From assembly GCA_030390025.1 (NCBI GenBank), contig CM059430.1, forward strand, positions 61,256,001-61,320,000: a DNA stretch of 64,000 nt, in the 5' to 3' direction. The DNA comes from Squalus acanthias (lineage: Eukaryota). A model generated the notes under the pieces. That model saw only the letters and a list, made by a program, of their open reading frames with translations. It made no database searches and was not told where the DNA came from. Below are positions 38,373 through 51,282 of the stretch, piece after piece (the first letter of the stretch is position 1; the number at the start of each line of letters is the position of its first letter). The translations under genes were made by a program, and so were the position numbers.

Positions 38373-40366
38373 ATGTCCACCAGCAGGCAAAAGTGTGCTC
38401 CACGCTTCGATGAGCCCTCCCTCCAAGCTCTGGTGGAGGGAGCAAGATCGAATAAGGAGGTGCACTTCCCTTCCTCAGGGAGAAAAAAGCCACCCCAGCA
38501 GACTAAAGCTGTGTGGCTGCAAGTGGCCCAGGAGGTCAAGTCCATATCGATGAGCCGCAGAACCTGGCTGCAATGCAGGAAGAGGTTTCATGACCTTCTC
38601 TGCACAGGAAAAGTGAGTATGACTTTCCCATCTCCCTCAATCTGATCCCCATCGCCTCTCCTCACCAGCATACTGCTTTGCTAACCTCTTCCTCCACATC
38701 CCACTTGACACTTACATCCCTGCACCCTTACCCATTGCCTCTCTCTCTATGGTCACATTCACTTAACTATTCGACCATGTAGCCCTCACACTCCCTATCA
38801 CTGTGATGCAACAACAACAACAACTTACAACACACATGGAGGGCCCTTTGTCTCTTTCTAAGCGTCTATGCTATGCATTCTCTACACTCACTCCTTCATT
38901 CTCACTCAAACTCCACTTGTGTCCCTCATTGCAGGAAAAGAGAGCCCACAATAAGAGGGAAAGAGCCATGACAGGAGGAGGGCCACCCTCAGTAGCCCAG
39001 CTCACCACCTGGGAGGAGGTGGCCCTGGCAATCGCCTGGGTCGAGGAGGATTCCCAAGTGGGGGACGGACAGACGGGCGCATCACAGCAAGCTGGTGACA
39101 GAATAGTTTGGCATCTCTATCATTGACATTGCATGAGTCACTGATAATGAATCTGATGCTCTAACAGATTGACTTATGATCATCTGCACTATTCAATGTG
39201 CATGTAACCTTGGCCTCACATCTCTTACTCTTTCCTTTATTTCCCCACAGGACCATCGAAAGCCCCCGTCTCCACTGTCCAGGAGGTAGAGCCTGAGCTT
39301 CCAGACTCCTCAGAGGAATCTGCAACCTCTGAGGGCGCAGTGTCAGCAGAATTCAGCGCACCCAACACCCAGCACCAGCGCAGACACTCACACCTTGGTG
39401 GGACCTTCGCAAGATAGAGTAGTGTCGGCACCTGGTGTATCACAGCTCACAAGTGAGCATCAGCAGATGGTGGAGACAGGGACAGCAGTGGAGAGTCCTC
39501 GTCGGAGGGCGCAGGACTCTGCCAGCTCGGCTCAGCTGCATGTCGACCTTGTGCCTCCAGGTCCATCCAGATGGAGAGTGGTGCTGGAACTCCAGGAACA
39601 GGTGCAGGAGTCTCTGGCAGGTTATGTCTCCAGGGTCGCTGCGAGTGTGGAGCGAATGGAGGAGTCCATCGCGAACATGAGCAGAGCCTTTGTGGAGGCA
39701 TTGGCGCATGAACACATCACCGCGGAAAGGATGGCAACCTCCGTGGAAAGGATGGCTAACTCCGTGGTAAGGCTGGCTACCGTAGAGGAGAGGATGGCTA
39801 CGGTAGAGGAGAGGAAGGCTATGGCCATAGAGGAGCTTAGTCGCCAGGGTCTTGAAAACATGGTCATTGTTCAGAATAGAATGACATCTCTTGAGGAGCG
39901 ATGGTCAGCTATTGAGCATAGAAACCAGACCTTCATGGAAGTCCTCTGGAGTAGGACTTCCAGTGCAGAAACTGGTCCTCATGGCCCCCCTGAGGTGCAG
40001 CAAGGTGCTGTCAAGCCACTTGCTAGCTCTGAGGTGGGGCTGACCCATGAGAGGGATGTTGGTGGCAGACAACAAGGAAGTGCGGGCTCCTCTCCAAGCG
40101 CTCACAAGACCATGCCACTGCAAAGCCCTCGGTCAGAGCCCCACCAGAGTCCTCACCCAACTGAGATGGGCGTCTCAGCCCCTGCACAGCTGCAGGAGCA
40201 GCAGACTGTTGCCAAGCCCTCACAGGCTCGCAACCCCAGAGGACGCCCGCCAAAAGCGTCGAGGCAGGAGCAGCAAGAATGTGAGCAAGGGGCCACCACA
40301 TCTGCTGAAGCCACAGGGGAAGCACCACGTAGGAGCATGCGTAAGAGGAAGATAATGCACAAGTAG
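38373..40366 (+). pseudogene. Harbinger Myb/SANT-like gene, 3 exons (38373-38612, 38935-39094, 39251-40366)
   Basis: KCAPRFDEPSLQALVEG...WLQVAQEV...RTWLQCRKRFHDL, then EKRAHNKRERAMTGGGP. The only lesion seen is a 7-nt duplication near 39361 that shifts exon 3. Confidence 0.88.
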
Positions 40367-40623
40367 TTACAAGGGTAGTCACTTGGGTGCTGTGCTGTAT
40401 CGTATTTGGACCACCCATCCTTGTCATGGTATCATATACAGATTTGATGGCAAACTGTTGAAGTTGTGGCCTGTGTCATTTCACAAATGGAACTTTCACA
40501 TTGAGGGCTTAGGGCGACTTGCAATTGTCAGTATGGTGGTCAGAGTGATAGGAATCCGCAGGTTCTTGTCCATTGTCGATGGTCTGGTAAGAAGGTGTGA
40601 GATAAAAGTGTTTGATTGTGTAG

Positions 40624-40851
40624 GCTAAGCAAATCTGGCCAGAATGAGTGCGTCCCTTGCATCCCGGGCAGCAATGTGGTCGCGCTCTGGCGCCTTCTGG
40701 CCTGTGCAGTTTCAGGTGGGTGAGCAACAGCTTGGCGCTCCTGTTGTTGCTCCTGCTGTTGGTGCTGCTGTTGTTCAAGATTCTGCTGCTGCCGAGGCTG
40801 GTCTTCGTCCGAATCTGATGTCCAGGAGGAAAGGAAATAAATGGTTCCCAT
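40624..40851 (-). pseudogene. Internally deleted HARBI1-like remnant
   Basis: MGTIYFLSSWTSDSDEDQ+polyQ matches the nuclease N-terminus near 34875 (EAVYTVSPWSSESD). DHIAARDARDALILARFA* matches its C-terminus ([18 protein letters not shown]). Confidence 0.75.
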
Positions 40852-41920
40852 GCTTCTGCTATATACCTCAGTTGAGGAAGCACTCAGTCAAGGTGGGGAG
40901 AGGGGTTTCCCAGGAGGTCACACTGGAGATGGGTGTCAGGCTCCAAACTTCCACAACAATGAGTATGCCTGCTAAAAGTTCCCCCAGACCTGAGACAACA
41001 AAGTTCTGCCACCTGCAAATGATGATTGCTGAAAACTCCTTTTTAATGGTGGAGCTGCAACTGTTACTAAGCAATCCACTTGTGAGGCCGCCAGGATTAC
41101 CTGGCGTGTTCCAGAGGAGGCGTGTAGGATGGGGGAAATGTCTAAAAATCAGAAAGGCCTCTCAAAATTAGATTATAGAGGCAATTAAGTGGTTGTTAAG
41201 CACCTTAAGGGCCTAGCGGGATGGAAATGGGATCTAAAACCCCGATTCTGGGAAAATTGCTTGGAGGCGGGATGGAGGTGGGATCGGGCCTGCATGCCAT
41301 TTTTTGCGATTTTAACACCTCACACACCTCCAATCCCACCTCCTCGGGCCTGGGAAAATCGAGCCCTTTGTGTCCTCCTCACAACTTACTAACCCACCTA
41401 TCTTTGTATCATCAGCAAATTTGGCTACAGTACACTCGGTCCCTTCATCCAAGTCATTAATATAGATTGTAAATAGTTGAGGCCCCAGCACTGATCCCTG
41501 TGGCACCCCACTAGTTACTGGTTGCCAACCGGAAAATTACCCATTTATCCCGACTCTCTGTTTTCTGTTAGTTAGCCACTCCCCTAACCATGCTAATATA
41601 TTACCCCCAACTCTGGGCGCTCTTATCTTGTGCAGTAACCTTTTATGTGGCACCTTATCGAATGCCTTCTGGAAATCCAAATACACGACACCTAGAGGAG
41701 CAGGGGGTGGAGGATAATATGACTGAACAGAGGATCTGGCGTCATCACCCTTGGTCACATGTTCCTCAGATAATCCTACTTTCACATTTGTAAAAACTTG
41801 TGCAATATAGTTAGTAGGTATCTGTGCCATTCTCTCACTGCCAATTACCAAATGCCTCCTTTGTTGCTAAGGAACCCAGCCCTTCTTTAACTATCCTTTT
41901 ACTTCTTATAAAAGCACTAG

Positions 41921-42817
41921 GGGGGAAAAATTCAGTATCGCCCCATTTGGGGCGCAATTATCGGCCGGGTGCAAAGATTAGCGCCTGGCGCTAATTATCG
42001 CCTGCGACTGCAAACTTAGCTTTTATCGCCCCTGGAGGTGATTGGAGCGCTAAATCAGGCACTTCACACCTGACTTAAGGCGCAAAGGCCGAGGAGCGAG
42101 GTGCTACCTCAGAGCGCTGGCGAAGCTCATGTGATGTCAGTCAGCAATGGAACAGAGACACAATGGCGCCGGCCAGTTCTTAAAGGGGAGGGTTGATCTT
42201 GCTCTCCATCCACATCCTGCTCATTGCAGCCTTGAATCTCGGCCTGGAGAGACCTGTACATCAAATCTGCTGGAAAGAACAATGGAGAGAACCAGGGAAA
42301 GAGCTCAGAGTGCAGCCCCCACAGTCTCTTCTAAATAGATGCAAGGAAGGGCAAATCAAAATGAACCTGCAAAGTGCTGCTCAGTACCCAAAACTCCTTC
42401 ACACAGTGTTGAATCTCTCCAGAAGTCTCTCTCTCTCTCTCTCTCTCAGAATGCGTGTTGCAAAAATGTCACCAACAAAAAAAGGCAGGAAGTGTTCGCC
42501 TTTAAGTAGCGCTCCCCCAGTCCCTTCCTGACTGCAAAATGCTTCCCTCAACATGTCGTTGCTAGCAGCAGGTGGTAAGGCAGGGGGCGCCACTCAATAT
42601 CCGCTCCGGGGCGCTACCGGGGCGTTGCGCACTCGACTGACGTCATGATCTGCTGGCGCAGGAGATCGTGGCGGTAGTGTTTAGCGCCGCCGCAAAATGT
42701 CTAGTTAATTTCGCGAGCGGCGCAAACATCGCCGCGCCCGAGCGCTAGTTGGTTTGCGCCCCATTAGCGCCCTCTTAAGGCGCTAACGGGAGGCGCAACC
42801 AACTGAATTTTTCCCCC
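41921..42817. mobile_element. Harbinger-type MITE, family A
   Basis: TIRs gggggaaaaattcagt / actgaatttttccccc, TSD TAG. Colinear with 13743-14549. Confidence 0.88.
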
Positions 42818-42849
42818 TAGTTAATTTCCCTTTATGTTGACCATCAGTC

Positions 42850-44545
42850 TTTTAAAGTCTCTTATAGCCTTCCTAGTTGGAAATCTAGTGGACTGGGAGA
42901 GCTATGAGAAGCAACAAAGGGATACAAAGAAAATAACAAGAGCTGCCAAATGGGTGTATGGAAAAAAACTTGTAAGGAATATCAAAACTAACAGTAAAAT
43001 CTTTTCAAAATAATAATGTTGAGAAAGTGAATGTTGAGGGAGAATGTGGTCCCATTAAAGACAGATGCAGGTGAGACTGTAATGGATAATAGGTAAATGG
43101 CAGACTTGTTAAATGAATACTTTGTATCCATTTTCACACTAGAGGAAGAGAACAAAATACCAGTGGTACAAGGGAACCTAAAAATAAGTCAAGGAGAGGA
43201 ACATAATGGATTTAATATCAGTAAAAAAAATGGTAATGATGAATGAGACTTAAGATAGACAAATCTCTAACACCTGATGGTTTCCACCAATATTAAAAGA
43301 AACAGGTGATGAAATTGCAGATGCATTAGTCATAATTTTCCAAAGCTTTCTAGATTTGGGAATTGTGCCTTTGGTTTAGAAAATGGCAAATGTCACTCCA
43401 TTATTTAAGAGGGGAGGGAGAAACTGAGAAATTACAGACCTTTGAGTTTAACGTCAAATATGGGGAAGTTACTAAAATCTGCCATGAGGGACAAAGTGAC
43501 TGAGCACTTGAGTGTGTGCTGCGAGGAGGATACCGAGAAACTCCAGGATGTTTTGGACAGGTTGGGTGAGTGGGCAGAAGCGTGGCAGATGCAATATAAC
43601 ATGGATAAATGCGAGGTTATCCACTTTGGTGTCAAAAACAGAAAGGCAGACTATTATCTGAATGGCAATAGATTGGGAGAAGGGGAAGTGCAACGAGACC
43701 TGGGTGTCCTTGTGCACCAGTCGCTGAAGGCAAGCATGCAGGTGCAGCAGGCGGTGAAGAAGGCAAATGGTATGTTGGCCTTCATAGCGAAAGGGTTTGA
43801 GTATAGGAACAGGGATGTCCTGCTGCAGTTGTACAGGGCCTTGGTGAGACCACACCTTGAGTATTGTGTGCAGTTTTGGTCGCCTTATCTGAGGAAGGAT
43901 GTTCTTGCCATGGAGGGAGTTCAGCGAAGATTCACAAGGCTGATACCTGGGATGGCAGGAATGACATATGAGGAGAGATTGGATCGATTGGGCTTATACT
44001 CGCTGGAGTATAGAAGAATGAGAGGGGATCTCATCGAAACATATAAAATTCTGACAGGTCTGGACAAACTAGATGCAGGAAGAATGTTCCCGATGGTCGG
44101 AGAGTCCAGAACCAGGGGTCATAATCTAAGGATAAGGGGTAAGCCATTTAGGACAGAAATGAGGAGGAATTTCTTCACCCAGAGAGTGGTGAACCTGTGG
44201 AATTCTCTACTACAGAAGGTAGTTGAGGCCAAGTCATTAAATATATTCAAGAATGAGTTTGATATATTTCTTAAAGCTAAAGGTATCAAGGGATATGGGG
44301 AGAAGGCAGGTACAGGGCACTGAGTTTGGATGATCAGCCATGATCTCATCGAATGGCGGAGCAGGCTCGAGGGGCCGAATGGCCTACTCCTGCTCCTATC
44401 TTCTATGTTTCTATAATGTATAAGCTGATCAAAGGGTGTCAGCAGGATTCGTGAAGTGTAAGTCATGTCTGACTAAGCTAGCTGAATTTTTTGATGAGGT
44501 CAGTAATGTGGTTGACTTGGGAGTGTCTCTGGCTGTTGTCTATAT
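42850..44545 (+). mobile_element. Old CR1 (42850-43512, 44414-44545) containing a younger 5'-truncated CR1 (43513-44413)
   Basis: ORF 43442-44323 is chimeric. The young part matches the 19303-20295 subfamily and ends in ctatgtttctat. Confidence 0.85.
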
Positions 44546-44547
44546 AT

Positions 44548-46935
44548 TTTTTAATTAATTCACGGGATGTGGGCGTCGCTGGCAAGGCCAGCATTTATTG
44601 CCCATCCCTAATTGCCTTTGAGAAGGTGGTGGTGAGCCGCCTTCTTGAACTGCTGCAGTCCGTGTAGTGAAGGTACTCCCACAGTGCTATTAAGTACGGA
44701 GTTCCAGGATTTTGATCCAGCAACAATGAAGGAATGGCGATATACTTCCAAGTCAAGATGGTGTGTGACTTGGAGGGGAACTTGGAGGTAGTAGTGTTCC
44801 CATGTGTCTGCTGCCCTTGTCCTTCTATGTGGTAGAGGTCGCGGGTTTGGGAGGTGCTGTCGAAGAAGCCTTGGTGAGTTGCTGCAGTGCATCTTGTAGA
44901 TGGTACACACTGCAGGTACAGTGCACTGGTGGTGGAGTGAGTAAATATTTAAGGTGATGGATGTGTTGCCAATCAAGTGGGCTGCTTTGTCTTGGATGGT
45001 GTAGAGCTTCTTGAGTGTTGTTGGAGCTGCACTCATCCAGGCAAGTGGAGAGTATTCCATCACACTCCTGACTTGTGCCTTGTAGTTGGTGGAAAGGCTT
45101 TGGGGAGTCAGGAGGTGAGTTACTCGCCACAGATTACCCAGCCTCTGGCATGCCCTTGTAGCCACAGTATATATGTGTTTGGTCCAGTTAAGTTTCTGCT
45201 CAATGGATGTTAATGGTGGGTGATTCGATGATGGTAGTGCCATTGAATGTCAACAGGAGGTGATTAAGCCTTATCTTCTTTGTGATTGTCATTGCCTGGC
45301 ACTTGTGTGGTGTGAATGTTACTTGCCATTTACCAGCCCAAGCCTGAATGTTGTCCAGGTCTTGCTGCATGTGGGAATGGACTGCTTCATTATCTGGGAA
45401 GTTGTGAGTGGAACTGAACACTACAATCATCAGCGAACAACCCCAGTTCTGACCTCATGATGAAGGGAAGTTCATTGATGAAACAGTTGAAGATGGTTGG
45501 GTCTAGGACACTGCGCTGAGAAACTCCTGCAGCAATGTCCTGGGGCTGAGATGATTGGCCTCCAACAACCAGAACCATCTTTCTTTGTGCCAGGTATGAT
45601 TCCCGCCAGTGGAGTTTTCCCCCTGATTCCCATTGACTTCAATTTTCCTAGGGCTCCTCGATGCCACACTCGGTCAAATGCTGCCTTGATGTCAAGGGCA
45701 GTTACTCTCACCTCGCCTCTGTAATTCAGCTCTTTTGTCCATGTTTGGACCAAGGCTGTAATGAGGTCTGGAGCCGAGTAGTCCTGGTGGAGCCCTAACT
45801 GAGCATCAGTGAGCAGATTATTGGTGAGTAAGTGTTGCTTTATTGCACTGTCGCTGACACCTTCCATCACTTTGCTGATGATTAAAAGTAGGCTGATTGG
45901 GCAGAAATTTCCCAGATTGGATTTGTCCTACTTTTTTGTGGACTGGGCAGTTTTTCACTTTGTTGGGTGGATGCCAGTGTTGTAGCTGTACTGGAACCAC
46001 TTGGCAAGAGCCGCGGCTAGTTCTGGTGCACAAGTCTTCAATACTGCAGCCAGGATATTTTCGAGGACCAGAGCCTTTGCTGTATCCAGTGCGCTCAGCC
46101 ATTTCTTGATATCACGTGGAGTGAATTGAATTGGCTGAAGACTTGCATCTGTGATGGTGGGGACCTCAGGTGGAGGCCGAGATGGATCATCCACTTGGCA
46201 CTTCTAGCGGAAGATGAATGTTTCAGCCGTGTTTTTTGCACTCACATGCTGGGCTCCGCCATTGTTGAGGATGGGGATGTTCATGGTGCCTCCTCCTCCC
46301 AGTAGTTGTTTAATTATCCGCCACAATTCATGACTGGATCTGGCAGGACTACAGAGCTTTGATATGATCTGTTGGTTGTGGGATCACTTGGCTCTGTCTA
46401 TATCATGTTGCTTCATCAGGTTGGCACCTCATTTACAGGCAGCACTGGTACTGCTCCTGGCATGCTCTTCGACACTCCTCATTGAACCAGGGGTGGTCGC
46501 CTAGCTTGATGGTAATCATTTAGTGAGAGATATGCCGGGCCATGATTTTACAGATTGTGTTGAAATACAATTCTGCTGCTGCAGGTGGCCCTGCAGCGCC
46601 TCCTGGATGCTCACTTTGGAGCTGCTAGATCTGTTCTGAAACTATCACATTAAGTAGCACCACACAACACGATGAAGGATGTCCTCAGTATGAAGATGGG
46701 ACTTCGTCTCCACAAGGACTGTGCAGTGGTTACTCCTAGCAGTACTGTCATGGACAGATGCATCTGCAACAGGTCTACTGGTGAGGACGAGGTCAAGTAG
46801 GTTTTTACCTCATGTTGGTTCTCTCACCAACTGCCGCAAGCCTAGTCTGGCAGCTATGTCCGTCAGGACTCAGCCAGCTCGGTAAGTAGTGGTGCTACAG
46901 AGCCACTCTTGGGAATGGACACTGAAGTCCCTCAT
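44548..46935 (-). mobile_element. CR1-clade LINE (second family), disrupted ORF2
   Basis: ALDIKAAFDRVWH, FADD and YKAQVRSVMEYSP across ORFs 44608-46194. 3' tail at 44548-44610. Confidence 0.9.
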
Positions 46936-47275
46936 CCAGTTTACAGCCAGCTATTGTAACCAACACTAGCAGGTCCACTGAAATACCTCATGTCTATAAA
47001 TTACCCATTCTAGACATTCTACAAGGAGCAGGGCATTTTATATTTTTTCTGTTCTTATCCGTTTAACAGCATTTTTCTGGATTGCAACACCAGTACCTTT
47101 CTTAAACTCAGTGATCGACTCGCAATTATAAAATGCTGTTTTATACACAGGAATCAGAGAAGCAAGTGAACCACTTTCAAACAGGATGGCATGTTGACTC
47201 AATATAATGTTGTTTCTCTAAAGCCGAGAGGTTCTGATGACCTTAATGAATCAGAAGCCTACCCATAGACATTTA

Positions 47276-47915
47276 CATAGAAATAAGTGGTCACAATAGG
47301 AAACAGGCCATTCGGCCCAACCAGTCCCTGTTGGCTTTACCCTCCACACCAGCAAATTTAACCGTCCTGTTCCCATAACCATTCTTCCCTTTTTCCTTCA
47401 TCCACCAATCCAATCCTCTCTTGAATGTTGACAGTTTCTGCCTTAACATCTAACCCTGGAAATGAATCCCACAGCCTCAAACACTCTGTGTAAAGAGGTT
47501 TATCCTGCCCAATGTTCTAAATCTCTTGCATTTAATCTTGTATCTATGGCCTCTTATTCTTGATTCCACCATTACTGGGAAAAAACTCGGTTTCTACCTA
47601 CCCTGAAATCCTTTCATAATTTTAAACATTTCTATCACAGTACCCCGTAATTTGGTTGTTCTAAAACAAAAAATGAGCCAATTTTCCAAGTCTGTCTTGG
47701 TATTTGTATTTTCTCATTCCAGGCTGCATCTTAGTAAATCTGACCTGTACCAGCTCAATATGCTTCCTACAGTCTGGAGCCCAATACTGCTTGAAGTACA
47801 CGAACTGGGGGCTTTTTGAGGTATTATATAGACTCATTACCTCTTGGTTTTTATATTCTATAATATTTTATATTCTAAACCTTTTGTGATAAAACCTACA
47901 ATTCCATTAGCTTTT
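47276..47915 (-). mobile_element. Old CR1 3' fragment
   Basis: ggccattcggccc tail and degenerate ORF2 end. Confidence 0.7.
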
Positions 47916-48474
47916 TACTGGTAGAATCAGCTGTGATTTCCATGAACACACTTCAAATCCCAATCTGATTTTATTCTCTGTGTAGAATGAAATAACAATG
48001 GGACTGGGCAGTAATGGACATCAGCCACAGTGCAAGTTAATTTATTGCAATACAATGTTGATAAAATAATACATATGCCTCAAAATCTACCGGGTCCTTG
48101 ATAGCCGAGCTCCCCATCTGCATGTTATAGACATTGTTTATACAAAATGTTCAATATTCATCAAATATAAGAAAATTAACATGAATACAAAGAATGGCAT
48201 GAAAATATATGGAAGTCAAGGATGAGAAAACGCCATTGAGCCCGACCTAGCTCATCCCTCTATTGCATTAAGTAGTGTTTTGAGTTTCTTTGTAATGTGG
48301 GGCGCGTTGCTGCTCCCAATCTCCACATAAAACCTATGGTTCAAATCATACAATTTAAATGAACGGTTTAATATGGACAGAACTATTATCAGAAACATCC
48401 CATAACAGTCAACTACAAGAAAAGGCTATGAACTCACTCTTTAACGGTGCTAGCTCATGCAGCCCAGTGTCCAC

Positions 48475-48746
48475 CTGCATTTGAACTTTGCTTGGGTGGG
48501 ACCAGGAGAGACGGGAGATACCAGACATGTATAAACATCCCCGATCTGGGCAGGCTGGATTTTCAACAAGTTCCCTCGGAGCTCTGCTGTTTAATAGTAC
48601 GCGTGGCGATCAGAATGTCATCATCATTATACCAAGAAATGGACATTTTCTCCGGATAAAATTCTGCCGTTTGACACACAAGCGATAGAGAGGCAGATGG
48701 ACCGTCTTCAGGTACTGAGGAGAACACCTTCAGTGGAATTGGGGAG
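48475..48746 (-). pseudogene. Ig C1-set pseudo-exon, paralog of exon 3831-4127
   Basis: On -: acceptor ttttaaatctccatcag, then SPIPLKVFSS...SLVCQTAEFYPEKMSISWYNDD...KQQSSEG, then a frameshift/deletion, then QPAQIGDVYTCLVS. Donor tgcag|gtggac is at the homologous position. Confidence 0.85.
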
Positions 48747-48767
48747 CTGATGGAGATTTAAAATAAC

Positions 48768-49529
48768 AGGCCAGAAATTCAGCTTTCCGGCTTCCTGCGG
48801 GTGCAAGCATTGCGCGCGTACTTGCCTACCGCGCCTGCAGTTGTGCTTTGGGCCCATGAGGACTTCGGGTCCAGGGCCTCCTGCAGCTGCCGGCGTGCAG
48901 TGCTTGTGTATCCCAGGGGCGCAGTTAGTTCGAAGCGTCCCCTGGGATCACGTGGGCCATTGAGAGCCAATCCTAGCAGGGCATTTTCATTCATAGATTT
49001 GACAGGAAGACCTATCAAATCTATGAATAGAGATCGGCCCCAAAACTACACTTAAACTTCAAATAAATTTAAAAAAAAATCACATTTTTAAAATAACTAT
49101 AAGTTAAATAAATTAACTACTTTAAACAAAAATTTAAATTTAAAAAAAAATTAATTATACTTTGTAACGGTGCTAAAAATAAACTTACCTTTCTTTAAAG
49201 TATCTAAAAAAGATAAACCTGTTGAAATTTTTTTTACATTGTAATTAATTAACCACTTACCTTGTTAAAAACAGGCCTTGCGCCTCCTTTTTAAAAGCGC
49301 AGCTTCTTCATACTTACCTTCCCGGAGAAACCTGAAAAAAAATCAAAGTTCGCTGTGTGCGCGCAGCCTCTCCCGCACACGCGTTCGACTTCTGAACCCC
49401 TCCCTTCAGGGGAACGGAAGTTCCGGTTTCCTGCGCATGCGCAGTGCATGCAGGAAACCGGCACTTCAGATGGCCTTACGGGTGAGTACACAGCGCATAG
49501 TCACCCGACAACAGCCGAATTTCTGGCCC
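48768..49529. mobile_element. Harbinger-type MITE, family C
   Basis: TIRs aggccagaaattc / gaatttctggccc. Inverted homolog at 51563-52311. TSD unclear. Confidence 0.8.
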
Positions 49530-49986
49530 CTACACCCCATTCCTTTATGTGCTCGAATATATCTTCAGGTTAGCTTTCAACATAATTTATCGAAAATCTT
49601 TTAATTTGTCTTCTTTGTAGTTTATTTTATAAGTTAAAACCTTCCAAGCCTTTCCTTCATAGAGTCCATTATGTGATATCGAAACACGTCTGTCTCTTAC
49701 AATCATACGTTAAATACGCGAAAGAATTGGATGGGCAAAATTTTGGCGCGGCTCGTCCCTCCCAGCACGACTTTCTACCTGGCTGAATTCATCCTCAGCG
49801 GGAAAACCACCCACATTTCAGGTCATCTCACTTTGACATAGGCGCTTTTGGTTTTGACTTATATGTAATCGAGGGCATTCGTTTAAAAAAAACTTTTGTG
49901 AACCTTACACTGTCAGAAATGTTAAAACGGGAGAAAAACTGATTCATCGTTTGGAAAAATCTAGACAAATTTCCTTTTGAGCAACC

Positions 49987-50240
49987 TTAGAATCTTACAG
50001 CACAGAAGGAAGCCATTCGGCCCATCACGTCTGTGCCGGCTCTTTGCAAGAGTGATCCAATTAGTCCCACTCCCCTGCTCTTTCTCCCTAGCCCTGCAAT
50101 GTTTTCATTTACAAGTATATATCCCATTCCCGACTGAAAGTTACTACTGAATCTGCTTCTACCACCCTTTCAGGCAGTGCATTCCAGATTACAAAAACTC
50201 GCTGCGTAAAAACAAATTCTCCTCGTCTCCCCTCTGGTTC
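49987..50240 (-). mobile_element. CR1 3' end fragment
   Basis: tagaatcttacagcacagaagg...ccattcggccc tail. Confidence 0.75.
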
Positions 50241-50580
50241 TATAACTATAAATCGTTAACTTATCCTCTCTTCCTATTCCACCTTAACCTTTTAGCATGT
50301 ATTTACAAACCAGGCATAGTCACTGGGCAGGAGTTCCCAATAATTGTAAATAATGGAAATAAGGAGAGTGGGAAGTGACAATGGGGCGAACGTTGCTGAT
50401 GAAGTGAAGGGATTTGGTCAGTGCAATGTGTGATCGGAGATTGTAAACACACCAGACTTTACTGGTACTGGAGCGGTATCTGCTGGCTAATTCGTGTTAG
50501 CGCGTAGATTGAGCTCAGTCTGACATGCAGCCACAACCTGCTTTAAAGAGGATACGCTCCCTGAGTAGTTAAATTTCATT

Positions 50581-51282
50581 TGCCCGGATTTTGCGCTCTT
50601 GATGACGTAAGCCATCAGAAAGGCCTCACAAGTTCCAGGTTTCCGCATGCGCTGCACATGCGCGAAAACCCAGAATTTGCGATCTGTCAAGATACGCCTT
50701 GACAGATCTACCGCACCGACCCAAAAATCACTTTACTTGACGCAAAGTTGGGCAACTACTGCCCAGAAAATCCCCACAAAACCCTTACAGCTGGTAAAAC
50801 AGCGTAAGAGTTAATATAAATCTTAAATTAAAAAATTAATAAAAAGTCATTGACATTTAAAATCAGTTTATGTAACTTTTAGCCCAAGATTAAAATGTTT
50901 AAAATTATTCTTCAAAAAAATTATTTTTTATTGTATATACTTTATTGAAAGGACTTTTAAATTAAATTTGAAAATGGGAACTTTTATTTTGATTCCAGTT
51001 GTATAAATTATTTAATTATTTGGGGATTCCATTCGTAAATGGAATCCCCAGAAGCACATTAGGAATCCTCCTTTCTGATTGGAGGACCTGGCCCACGTGA
51101 TCCCAGGGACGCTCCGAACTGTCTGCGTCCTTGGGATCCGTGCGCCTTTACACAGGCGAACGCCTGCAGGCCCAGGACCCGAAGTCTCTGAAGCCCGGGA
51201 GCCTGAAGGTAGGTGCAGAGTTTTTTTTAATCGGGTCGGAGGCGTACTCCGGAGGTACGCCTCTGACCACAAATTCTGGGCC
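50581..51282. mobile_element. Harbinger-type MITE, family B (inverted relative to 30074)
   Basis: Colinear with the reverse complement of 30074-30785. Right TIR aaattctgggcc. Confidence 0.8.

Larger units (their letters stand above)
38093..41366. mobile_element. Non-autonomous Harbinger element (Myb gene kept, nuclease core deleted)
   Basis: Perfect 12-bp TIRs gggctcgatttt / aaaatcgagccc, TSD TTT. Confidence 0.93.
37205..41686 (-). mobile_element. CR1 LINE split by a Harbinger element (pieces 37205-38092 and 41367-41686)
   Basis: ORF 37496-37960 plus [10 protein letters not shown]...FADD at 41312-41506. Rejoins as gcagactc-TTT-gtgtcctc. Confidence 0.93.

Noticed and set aside
47093-47218. 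Possible minus-strand exon ending KKG|gt downstream of the Ig pseudo-exon
   Set aside because: Needs a frameshift and shows no similarity to the intact gene's exons.
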